From: a virus
DNA length: 64,000 nucleotides
Direction: 5' to 3' (one strand)
Virus record (IMG/VR): IMGVR_UViG_3300023179_000058
Span: 25,766 to 89,765 of that record
This document shows, piece after piece, positions 16,957 to 25,081 of the stretch. Under the pieces are notes generated by a model, which was not told the DNA's origin, ran no database searches, and saw only the letters and a program-made list of their open reading frames with translations. The position numbers were made by a program, and so were the translations under genes. Numbering within the stretch: position 1 is the stretch's first letter; each line of letters opens with the position of its first letter.

Positions 16957-17138
16957 GATTCCTTTCTGGCGTTATCATAGGCGTTTTTATTTGTACTGTT
17001 GGTTTTGTTGAGGTTGTGAATATTGTATCCAAAGGTATTCGCATCATTGAACATACTGTACAAGATCAATGGATGCAAGATCGTGGTCGGATTCGTCATC
17101 CGCAACCAGTTGAGGTAAACAATGACAAAACAATATGA
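16953..17138 (+). CDS. Small membrane protein
   Basis: Hydrophobic N-terminus; ATGA overlap. Confidence 0.6.
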   Translation: MRFLSGVIIGVFICTVGFVEVVNIVSKGIRIIEHTVQDQWMQDRGRIRHPQPVEVNNDKTI

Positions 17139-17355
17139 TGGATTGTCCGAACGCGATATTGAAAATTTGAATTTTCTTGCCAATGCATCCGATGAGGTAC
17201 TGCGCGATTGGATGTGCAATTTTGCCGACCAAGACGATTTGGAATATGCAGGTGAACTGCTGGAAATGCTAAGATACCGCCTCCTTGACTTTGCGGCAGA
17301 ACGATCCGACCTATCCGAAAGCCGTAAAATTCTCTCAAAATACGCCGCCGACTGA
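17122..17355 (+). CDS. Hypothetical protein
   Basis: SD GAGG; its TGA begins repeat copy 2. Confidence 0.65.
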   Translation: MTKQYDGLSERDIENLNFLANASDEVLRDWMCNFADQDDLEYAGELLEMLRYRLLDFAAERSDLSESRKILSKYAAD

Positions 17356-17533
17356 CCGGTTTTCCGGGCTTTTGGGCGGCTTTTTCGGCTTGCTGATAGT
17401 CTGACCCTCACCCCCTAGAAAAAACCGCCCTAAATCGTTGTTTTTTAGACAACATTTGTTGCTTTTTAGACAACAGTTGGGAAAAAACAACACTTTAAAT
17501 AGTGCTTGACATGGGTGCCCATTGTGCTATACT
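17353..17533 (+). repeat. Long promoter/stem-loop cassette, copy 2
   Basis: Matches the 11229 cassette; three GTTG-N8/9-CAAC palindromes; TTGACA-N16-TATACT. Confidence 0.85.
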
Positions 17534-17564
17534 AGAGTCTGAGATTGAGAAAACGGAGATAGAT

Positions 17565-17903
17565 ATGACGATGGAAACTGCTCTCGAAACCCTAAAGAAT
17601 GACATTGTGGCTGACTACGAAGGTTGGCAGACACTAAGCGGCAAACCCCGTACCGAAATCCAAGCCCGTATGCTTGACGAATTTATCAATGGCATCCGAA
17701 TTGACGAAGGTAGCAAGTACATCAAAGTGGTGACTGGCTCTTCCGTTTGGGGTTTCATTGTGAAGACTGATACCGATAAGAAATTTCGCAAAGGCGATAT
17801 TCTGAAAGCGGCTGGTTGGGCGGCTCCTGCGCGTAACGCGGCTCGCGGTAACATTCTTGACGGTGGCTATACGATTCGTTGGACTGGTCCTCTTTATCTC
17901 TAA
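17565..17903 (+). CDS. Hypothetical phage protein
   Basis: KYIKVV...SVWGFI...GDILKAAGWAAPARNAARGNI; SD GGAG. Confidence 0.8.
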   Translation: MTMETALETLKNDIVADYEGWQTLSGKPRTEIQARMLDEFINGIRIDEGSKYIKVVTGSSVWGFIVKTDTDKKFRKGDILKAAGWAAPARNAARGNILDGGYTIRWTGPLYL

Positions 17904-17915
17904 AGGAATTTTCTC

Positions 17916-18254
17916 ATGGTTATGCTTGTCATTCAAACCCAAGTTTATGAAAACTATGGCGCCCATGATTGGGATGGCACCGGTGTGTGTCCCGATTACT
18001 GGAAGGCTAAAGGCGGGCATGAGTACAAAATTAAAAATGTTCCTCTAAATACAGATTATGAGGAAATTGTATCCATTGCTGGCGTGGAAAAAAGCAATGA
18101 ATACATCCGTGAGCATATTCTAGGCTGGACCATTGAGAATGACGATTACCTATCGTGGTTTGAAAAGTCTCAGTTGGAGTATGATGGCAGTATTGTATAT
18201 CCAGAACCGTCCGTAGAGTATGCGGACCTTATTGAGGAAGGAACTGTAGCATGA
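17916..18254 (+). CDS. Hypothetical phage protein
   Basis: TQVYENYGAHDWDG...YWKAKGG. Confidence 0.75.
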   Translation: MVMLVIQTQVYENYGAHDWDGTGVCPDYWKAKGGHEYKIKNVPLNTDYEEIVSIAGVEKSNEYIREHILGWTIENDDYLSWFEKSQLEYDGSIVYPEPSVEYADLIEEGTVA

Positions 18255-18500
18255 TTATAGGCGAATTTATTTCAATTTATCCGTTGATGAATCAAATCAA
18301 TTTATATCTTGAAATCCTTAAAGAACATTTCGTAGGTGCAAAATGAGTAAGATGGGTGACCTACTAATTGAGATTGAAGAGTTACATGCCATGGGGTTTA
18401 ATCCAGATGAAATATCTAAAACAACCGGCATGTCGTTGCGTTTTATTCTTGAGGTACTTGAAAATTTAGAACCTGATTTTTTAAACGAAGAACCATATTA

Positions 18501-18986
18501 ATGTACGAATTTATTTTCAATGACAGATATGATAAATCTCTTATACGAATCCTAGACATTATCTGGAAAGACTTGGATGAAGAGGCGGCACAAATGCCGA
18601 GCAGAACCAAGCAAGAGATTTTCAACAAAATTTGCTCCGACTTGAAAGCAAAGACAACCTTTGCTATTCACAAGTCGGATGTTGTTTTTTATGTAGAGCC
18701 TGACAGTCCTTGGGTTGCAAGGATTCATATTTTTACAGTAGACGAAGGCGTGTTTGGTCGTGAAAGATTGAAAGCCGCGGCTGAATTAACTTCATTTATT
18801 TTCCGTAATACTAAATTTGAAAAACTTTATGGGGTAACTGCCAATAAAAAATTTATTCTTATGGCAAAGTATTCCAAATGGAAGCCAGGACAAGAAGGTA
18901 TTCTTACAAAGTCTTATAAAACAAAAGATGGACAATTGATTGATCAATATTTAATAAGCGTAAATAAATCGGAATTCATGAAATGA
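18501..18986 (+). CDS. GNAT-fold (DUF2824-like) protein
   Basis: C-terminal EGILTKSY...DGQLIDQYL typical of RimL-like GNATs. Confidence 0.55.
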   Translation: MYEFIFNDRYDKSLIRILDIIWKDLDEEAAQMPSRTKQEIFNKICSDLKAKTTFAIHKSDVVFYVEPDSPWVARIHIFTVDEGVFGRERLKAAAELTSFIFRNTKFEKLYGVTANKKFILMAKYSKWKPGQEGILTKSYKTKDGQLIDQYLISVNKSEFMK

Positions 18987-19163
18987 AACTATCACTACAT
19001 GACCGCATGACAAGATACAATTGGTACCACAAAGCAATCACTCAATTTACCTTGATGGAGTGGTTTGTTTTATTTTCTCTTTTTGGTTATTTAATTTATG
19101 TAACATATGAAATCCTATCGGCAATATTATTTTGAACATGCAATGAAACAAATTCGCGTTGCA

Positions 19164-19192
19164 TTGACAATGCTTTGGCATGGTGTTATAAT
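19164..19192 (+). promoter_or_regulatory. sigma70 consensus promoter
   Basis: TTGACA-N17-TATAAT. Confidence 0.8.
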
Positions 19193-19377
19193 GAATAAAG
19201 GTCATCATAGCACATGGAGGAAAAAATAATGTGGACTGTACTCAATTTAGTTTTCTCATGGTGGGCATGGCAGTCTGCATCCAGCGCGTTTGAAAACAAA
19301 CATGATGGGCTAGGTTGGACAATGATATTTGTAAGTGCAATAAATTTTGCATCCGCATTGGTAAGCATAGGTCTATA

Positions 19378-19617
19378 ATGGAAGACATTGTTTACCGACT
19401 ACGCAAAAGAGCAGAAATTCGTAGGCAGATTCCTACTCGCAAAAGTGTGCAAGAAGGCGCACCTGATCGTATTGCAGATTTGCTAGAAGAAGCCGCAAGT
19501 GAAATTGAACGGCTTCGTTTGCTTTATGCCGCAGATATGATGAGCGATAAAAATTATAAAGAAGGTACTTTCGAAGAGCAAGAAAAGTTTAACCGTGAAA
19601 GAAACTATCCATTATGA
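19378..19617 (+). CDS. Hypothetical phage protein
   Basis: DIVYRLRKRAEIRRQI...LLEEAASEIERLR. Confidence 0.7.
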   Translation: MEDIVYRLRKRAEIRRQIPTRKSVQEGAPDRIADLLEEAASEIERLRLLYAADMMSDKNYKEGTFEEQEKFNRERNYPL

Positions 19618-20207
19618 ATATCTTTTATCTAGACCGTGATCCAAAAACTTGTGCAGAAATGCATTGCGATAAACATGTTGTCAAGATGATTATCGAATAT
19701 GCACAACTATTGTCAACCGCACACCGTATACTAGACGGATATCAAATTATCGAAAAAAGATATGTTGCAGGCTCTTTACCTGCGCGTTGGCGCAATGTAA
19801 AAGTTTGGCAACACCCAAATGTATACATGCACAAAGGCTTAATGAAGGCATCACATATTAATCACCCATCAAACATATGGGTTCGCGAAAGCAAAGAGAA
19901 TTACATGTGGCTATGTCAGATGTGGCTATGGCTCATGAAAGAATATACACATCGTTATGGCAAACATCATGCGTGTGAGAATCGCGTAGAGTATCTAATG
20001 GATGCACCTAAAAACATTCCATCAAAAGCATTTACTGATCCAACTCCTGCCATGCCTGAGTACTGTAAAGTGCCTATGAATTCGCTTTCCTCATATCACA
20101 ATTACTATATACAAGAGAAGGTTCGCTTTGCTAAGTGGACAGCGCGAGAGATGCCTACTTGGTATAAGCAAGGAGTTACAGATGCCAACATACAACTTCC
20201 AGCATAA
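19614..20207 (+). CDS. denV: Pyrimidine-dimer DNA glycosylase/endonuclease V-like protein
   Basis: MNIFYLD...HCDKHVVKMIIEYAQLLSTAH...HINHPS..W. Confidence 0.75.
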   Translation: MNIFYLDRDPKTCAEMHCDKHVVKMIIEYAQLLSTAHRILDGYQIIEKRYVAGSLPARWRNVKVWQHPNVYMHKGLMKASHINHPSNIWVRESKENYMWLCQMWLWLMKEYTHRYGKHHACENRVEYLMDAPKNIPSKAFTDPTPAMPEYCKVPMNSLSSYHNYYIQEKVRFAKWTAREMPTWYKQGVTDANIQLPA

Positions 20208-20418
20208 AGAGACTGGTGAGATTATAGAAAAGATGATGAAAATTAGTGAGAGGGAAGAGTTCTTAAAAGAACATCCTGAATATGAGAGCGTGATTTTAGC
20301 CGCACCAAGTTTAGGTGATCCAGTTCGTTTAGGGGTCCGTAAACCTGATGCAGGATTTAGAGAGGTTCTGCAAAAGGCAAAAGCGGCTCACCCTAGAGGT
20401 AACATCAATACATTTTGA
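20182..20418 (+). CDS. FmdB-like small phage protein
   Basis: MPTYNF start after SD AAGGAG; directly upstream of phoH. Confidence 0.7.
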   Translation: MPTYNFQHKETGEIIEKMMKISEREEFLKEHPEYESVILAAPSLGDPVRLGVRKPDAGFREVLQKAKAAHPRGNINTF

Positions 20419-20453
20419 GAAGGTGCGCCGATTAACTACTATAAAGGTAACAC

Positions 20454-21209
20454 ATGGCGCGAAAACCTGTTGCAAACACAGAACCAGAAATTAACTCAAG
20501 GCAACTTAAAACTATTAACAACTCACTCAAAGTAAGATTAGATGATCTAAAAACCTTTCAGCCATTAACAGACAACCAAAAAGCATTTTTCAATGCGTAT
20601 AAGCGAGGAGACTACTTTATAGCATTACATGGTGTCGCAGGTACCGGTAAAACTTTCTGCGCTTTGTATAAAGCATTAGAAGAGGTACTTGATAAATCAA
20701 ACCCATTCAAAAAAATTATTATCGTTCGTTCGGCAGTACCTTCAAGAGAAATAGGACACTTGCCAGGCGACTTAGATGAGAAGACAGAAATTTATCGTCA
20801 GCCATATCGACAAATTTGCGAAACTCTTTTCGCAAGAAAAGATGCATACGATAGATTAGAAGAGCAAGGCTTTGTGGAATTTATTTCCACATCGTTCATT
20901 CGCGGTATGAGTTTTGATGATGCAATTATCTTAGTTGATGAAATGCAAAATTTAACATATGAGGAAATAGATACAGTTATGACGCGAGTTGGTTATCGTT
21001 CCAAAATTATTTGGTGTGGTGATTATCGCCAAACAGACTTGAATAAGAAGCGTAATGATATGAGCGGTATTCTGAAATTCTTTGACATTGCACATCACAT
21101 GGCATCATTCACAAGAATTGAATTTACGGTTAATGATATTGTTCGTTCCTCACTAGTAAAAGACTACATATTAGCAAAGATTAAATATGAAGACAATATC
21201 GAAAAGTGA
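20454..21209 (+). CDS. phoH: PhoH-family ATPase
   Basis: GVAGTGKT, GHLPG, RGMSF, DEMQN, GDYRQTD. Confidence 0.93.
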   Translation: MARKPVANTEPEINSRQLKTINNSLKVRLDDLKTFQPLTDNQKAFFNAYKRGDYFIALHGVAGTGKTFCALYKALEEVLDKSNPFKKIIIVRSAVPSREIGHLPGDLDEKTEIYRQPYRQICETLFARKDAYDRLEEQGFVEFISTSFIRGMSFDDAIILVDEMQNLTYEEIDTVMTRVGYRSKIIWCGDYRQTDLNKKRNDMSGILKFFDIAHHMASFTRIEFTVNDIVRSSLVKDYILAKIKYEDNIEK

Positions 21210-21214
21210 AATAA

Positions 21215-21877
21215 ATGTTTACCCACAAATTTGTTGAGTTAGCGCCACTACAGACTACAACTATAGACGGCAAACGACATTATCAAACACCTGATGGATT
21301 GGTCTATCCATCAGTTACCACAATCACATCCCTACACGGCAAGGAAGGAATCCTTGAGTGGCGCAAGCGTGTAGGCGAAGAAGAAGCAAATAAAATATCC
21401 ACTAGAGCCGCATCACGCGGCACTAGGGTACACAAACTTTGCGAAGATTATCTTAACAACGAACTATCTTTTACCGGTGCGATGCCTAACAGTATTGCAT
21501 TGTTCAAACAAATACAACCATTCATTGACAATTATGTTGGTGAAGTGTATGGCATTGAATGTCCTCTGTATTCTCATCACCTGCGCGTAGCAGGCAAGAG
21601 TGATTGTATTGCACAATTTGATGGTAAAAACGCAGTTATAGATTTTAAGACAGCAAACAAACCAAAACAAGAACATTGGATTCAAAACTACTTTATGCAA
21701 TGTGCGGCATACGCCGTAGCGTTTGAAGAGCGAACCGGTATATCAATTCCTCGCATTGCGATTGTAGTTGCAGTTGAAGGTGACAGTCCGCAACTTTTTG
21801 TAAAGAAGCGTGACGATTATATTGATATGTTTATTTCTTATAGGAAGCAATACGATGAACAATTACTACTTGGATGA
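21215..21877 (+). CDS. PD-(D/E)XK (Cas4-like) exonuclease
   Basis: YPSVTTI, RGTRVH, AGKSDC, IDFKT, YFMQCAAY. Confidence 0.88.
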   Translation: MFTHKFVELAPLQTTTIDGKRHYQTPDGLVYPSVTTITSLHGKEGILEWRKRVGEEEANKISTRAASRGTRVHKLCEDYLNNELSFTGAMPNSIALFKQIQPFIDNYVGEVYGIECPLYSHHLRVAGKSDCIAQFDGKNAVIDFKTANKPKQEHWIQNYFMQCAAYAVAFEERTGISIPRIAIVVAVEGDSPQLFVKKRDDYIDMFISYRKQYDEQLLLG

Positions 21878-22145
21878 AAAACAAAAAGAGATTATGAGCA
21901 TTGCACAGGAAGAATGTGCAGAAGTTGTTCAAGCAATTAGTAAAATTTTTAGATTCGGATTAGATGAATCATTCGAAGGTAAGACTAATCGCGAAAGATT
22001 GACAAGTGAACTAGGTGATCTTCAATGCATGATTACACTACTTAAACAGTATGAAGTAGTTGATGATTTTAAAGTACATCAAGCCGAACTTGCAAAAAGA
22101 ACTCGCCTTAGCAAATGGTCTAACATCTTTACTGAGGTACAGTAA
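21855..22145 (+). CDS. MazG-like NTP pyrophosphohydrolase
   Basis: QEECAEVVQAISK...ELGDL. Confidence 0.75.
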   Translation: MNNYYLDEKQKEIMSIAQEECAEVVQAISKIFRFGLDESFEGKTNRERLTSELGDLQCMITLLKQYEVVDDFKVHQAELAKRTRLSKWSNIFTEVQ

Positions 22146-22951
22146 TGATCGTTCTCTACGGGCATGGCTATGTTGCAGATTACATAGCCAAAGAAATGCA
22201 TAAGCAATCATTTAAGTTTGTTCGCTTAACGCATCATGCATTAGTACCTAAAGATGCAAAGTTTATTGTCAATGCCGCAGGCTTTACGGGCAACCCTAAT
22301 GTAGATGCTTGTGAGGTTTTGCGTGATGAGTGCGTAGACGGAAACATTCGATGGCCACTTAAACTTGAAAGAATCGCAAGCCAAATTTCTGATATTCCAA
22401 TTCTACACATTACTAGTGGTTGTGTGTATACTGGCTATGATAAAGAATGGACAGAAAATGATCCGCCAAACTTTACATTCAACAATGCTTCTTTCTATAG
22501 CGCATGTAAAGCATTGGCACAAGAACTACTATCGCCATATATGAACAAGTCATATTTGTTCCGAATTCGTATGCCATTTGGTCCGCACATTCACCACAAG
22601 AATCTATTGACAAAATATGAAAGATATGCTAAACTTGTAGACTATGAGAACAGCGTAACACAGGTTGAAGATTTAGCAAAATGTGTTTGTCATTTCATCA
22701 TGATAAAACCAACATATGGAATTTATAATGTTTGTAATCCTGGCAGTACTAGCACGAAAGAAATTGTTGCAGAAATGGGGCTCCATAAAGAATGGATGAC
22801 TCATGATGATTTTGCTAAGGCAGTAGTTGCGCCGAGAAGTAATTGTGTGCTAAATACTAAGAAGTTGGAAAGTGTGTATGCTATGCGGTATGCTGACCAA
22901 GCGGTAAGCGAAACAGTACGCACATACTTATCACACAATCTTTACTTATGA
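22145..22951 (+). CDS. RmlD-like NDP-4-keto-6-deoxyglucose 3,5-epimerase/4-reductase
   Basis: NAAGFTGNPNVDACE, SGCVY, FYSACK, RIRMP. Confidence 0.8.
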   Translation: MIVLYGHGYVADYIAKEMHKQSFKFVRLTHHALVPKDAKFIVNAAGFTGNPNVDACEVLRDECVDGNIRWPLKLERIASQISDIPILHITSGCVYTGYDKEWTENDPPNFTFNNASFYSACKALAQELLSPYMNKSYLFRIRMPFGPHIHHKNLLTKYERYAKLVDYENSVTQVEDLAKCVCHFIMIKPTYGIYNVCNPGSTSTKEIVAEMGLHKEWMTHDDFAKAVVAPRSNCVLNTKKLESVYAMRYADQAVSETVRTYLSHNLYL

Positions 22952-23011
22952 CTGTATGAAGCAAAGAGAAAAGTGTTCTGGACGCGGGTTCGACTCCCGC
23001 CTGGTCCACCA
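22950..23011 (+). ncRNA. ssrA: Permuted tmRNA, acceptor piece
   Basis: GGAC-GCGGG-TTCGACT-CCCGC-CTGGTCC-A-CCA; GACTGT and TGTTCTG pair with the downstream piece. Confidence 0.9.
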
Positions 23012-23028
23012 TAAGGAGATTTGTAAAC

Positions 23029-23415
23029 ATGGCATATTCCGATAAAGTAGTTGACCACTATGAAAACCCAAGAAATGTTGGATCGTTTGACAAGAACGAT
23101 ACTGATGTTGGTACTGGCATGGTTGGTGCTCCTGCTTGCGGAGATGTTATGAAACTACAGATAAAGGTTAATCATAAGACAGGTATTATTGAGGACGCCC
23201 GTTTTAAGACATACGGATGCGGGTCGGCAATCGCATCAAGTTCTCTTGTCACAGAATGGGTCAAGGGCAAGACTCTTGACGAGGCGGCAGGTATTAAAAA
23301 TTCTGAGATTGCAGAAGAACTCGCCCTCCCTCCAGTCAAAATACACTGTTCAATACTTGCTGAAGATGCGATTAAGTCAGCAGTAGAAGATTACCGAAAG
23401 AAAATCTCTTTATGA
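23029..23415 (+). CDS. iscU: Fe-S cluster scaffold IscU, inside the tmRNA intervening segment
   Basis: MAYSDKVVDHYENPRNVG, GAPACGDVM, FKTYGCGSAIAS, LPPVKIHCS. Confidence 0.97.
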   Translation: MAYSDKVVDHYENPRNVGSFDKNDTDVGTGMVGAPACGDVMKLQIKVNHKTGIIEDARFKTYGCGSAIASSSLVTEWVKGKTLDEAAGIKNSEIAEELALPPVKIHCSILAEDAIKSAVEDYRKKISL

Positions 23416-23416
23416 T

Positions 23417-23584
23417 GGGCCAGTCATGGTTTCGACAGGGCAAAGAGTAACAGAGTAGACAGTCCGGTAGATGACGACCGTAAATCGCATAAATAAAGTA
23501 AACGCAAACGATGAAAAGTTCGCATTGGCAGCCTAAACGCTGACTAGGGTTTCGGTGAGTTTCCTCGTAACAGAATAACTCACC
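23417..23584 (+). ncRNA. ssrA: Permuted tmRNA, coding piece (tag ANDEKFALAA)
   Basis: 5' GGGCCAG, GGTTTCGAC D-loop analogue, tag ORF 23504-23536, terminal hairpin GGTGAGTT/AACTCACC. Confidence 0.92.
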
Positions 23585-23701
23585 ACTAATTTTGGATAGT
23601 TGTAGTCGGCGGCAAAACCCGTTAGGCAGACCTAACTTTGGATTGCTTTATGATAACGAACCGAAATGATTTTTAATTTTTTAACCTCTAAGGGGAATTT
23701 T

Positions 23702-23899
23702 ATGAAATATGTTATTGCAACTATCGTATCACTTTTCGCAACTATTGCTATGGCACAGCCAGCAAAGCAACCTGAACCAACTCCTCCTGCTAAAGTAGCA
23801 GAAGCGAAGAAGGAAGCACCTAAGGCAGAGGCTCCAAAGGCTGAAGCAAAGAAGGCTGATGCTAAGAAAGACGAAAAGAAAGAAACACCTAAGAAGTAA
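23702..23899 (+). CDS. Exported Lys/Ala/Pro/Glu-rich low-complexity protein
   Basis: Signal peptide followed by EAPKA repeats. Confidence 0.7.
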   Translation: MKYVIATIVSLFATIAMAQPAKQPEPTPPAKVAEAKKEAPKAEAPKAEAKKADAKKDEKKETPKK

Positions 23900-23935
23900 T
23901 TAAATAAGGGTCTTCCCAATTCCCCCCAAGAATTG

Positions 23936-23975
23936 GAATCCAATTTTATCACGCAGTAAGATTGGATTTTTTTTT
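23936..23975 (+). terminator. Probable intrinsic terminator
   Basis: AATCCAATTTTA/TAAGATTGGATT stem followed by a long T tract. Confidence 0.55.
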
Positions 23976-23998
23976 TGCGTAATCTAAAGGAGACTAGT

Positions 23999-25039
23999 AT
24001 GGAGTTCTTAACTCTTGCCTTGTTCAAAGGCATTTCATACCTCTGGATGTTATTCTTCATTATGATAATTGCGGGACTAGCGAAACAATATGAATTGTTC
24101 GCCCCTGCCTATTCCTATGTTAAGAATACATTCAGGTCCAATAGATTTGTAGTTGCCCTACTGAGTGCAATCGGTGGCGTTCTTCCTATCGAAGGTCGCG
24201 TTACTGTGAGCGCAGGTCTTCTTGATACTGTGGCTCCAAAAGAGTCAGAGAGTAGAAAGAAGTTGGGCATCGTGGACTATCTAGCGACACACCACTATTA
24301 CATGTGGTCGCCGTTAGAGAAAACCGTGATACTTCCTATCGCCGCATTTGGCTTAGCCTATAGTGCGTTTATAGGGATGATTGCACCTCTATTGGTGGTG
24401 AGTTTGGCGTTCATTACTTTCTATATCTGGACACAGATTAGGGAAGAAGAAATTCCAATCACACCTGGTCGATTTAAACTGAGTTCGGTCATAAGAAATG
24501 TAATGCCAATGGTAGTAGCAATTACTGCTTACGCTACAGGTGTCGCTGATCACACTTGGTGTTTTGGCTTACTTGCTTTATATTATGTGTTTATCACACA
24601 ACAATGGGATCCAAAGAAACTACTTGGTTATATCAAGTGGGATGTGATTGCAATTGTTGGCTTTGTGATTGTGCTAGGTAACTTCCTCAAATCATACGAT
24701 AGTGCATTTGTAGCATTCATCAAAGGTAGTATGCTTGACCCTACTACATTTGTTGGTATGTTGATTATTTCTGTCGTTGGTTTTGTTGCAAGTTTTCTGA
24801 TGGGTAGTTCTGGTAAGTTTATTGCTCTTGCTGTCGTTATGGCGCAAGTGTTTGGACCTCAATATTTCTTGTGGTTCTTTGCAATTGACTACGCAGGCTA
24901 TTTACTCAGCCCAACACACAAATGCGTGATGGTAGGAAACACCTATTTCGGAACGCCACTCAGCGTGTATTATAAAGCACTTGGTACTTGGGCGCTATTG
25001 CTCATTGCTACCGCGGGGCTATTTACATTCATCATCTAA
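23999..25039 (+). CDS. Polytopic inner-membrane protein, probable ion-transporter (IT) superfamily
   Basis: About 10 hydrophobic segments; GGVLPIEG and GYLLSPTHKC motifs. Confidence 0.65.
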   Translation: MEFLTLALFKGISYLWMLFFIMIIAGLAKQYELFAPAYSYVKNTFRSNRFVVALLSAIGGVLPIEGRVTVSAGLLDTVAPKESESRKKLGIVDYLATHHYYMWSPLEKTVILPIAAFGLAYSAFIGMIAPLLVVSLAFITFYIWTQIREEEIPITPGRFKLSSVIRNVMPMVVAITAYATGVADHTWCFGLLALYYVFITQQWDPKKLLGYIKWDVIAIVGFVIVLGNFLKSYDSAFVAFIKGSMLDPTTFVGMLIISVVGFVASFLMGSSGKFIALAVVMAQVFGPQYFLWFFAIDYAGYLLSPTHKCVMVGNTYFGTPLSVYYKALGTWALLLIATAGLFTFII

Positions 25040-25081
25040 CATAACCTAGGGGCAGAGACCCCTAGATTGGGAGGAAAACTT

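Noticed and set aside
5835-17533. Recurring TGTTG...CAACA motifs as a CRISPR array or LexA boxes
   Set aside because: Spacing is irregular with whole genes between copies and no cas operon. The motif differs from the proteobacterial LexA box CTGT-N8-ACAG.
21215-21877. Cas4 as evidence of a CRISPR system
   Set aside because: A solo PD-(D/E)XK exonuclease beside phoH, without the Fe-S cysteine set or any array.
22950-23011. Stand-alone tRNA fragment or attP site
   Set aside because: It pairs precisely with the tmRNA 5' piece at 23417, so it is better explained as the acceptor piece; no integrase is visible.
23597-23660. Possible riboswitch or Fur box after the tmRNA
   Set aside because: Only a short hairpin (GTTAGG-CAGA-CCTAAC) and a weak ATGATAAC match; not enough to fit a known aptamer or the 19-bp Fur consensus.
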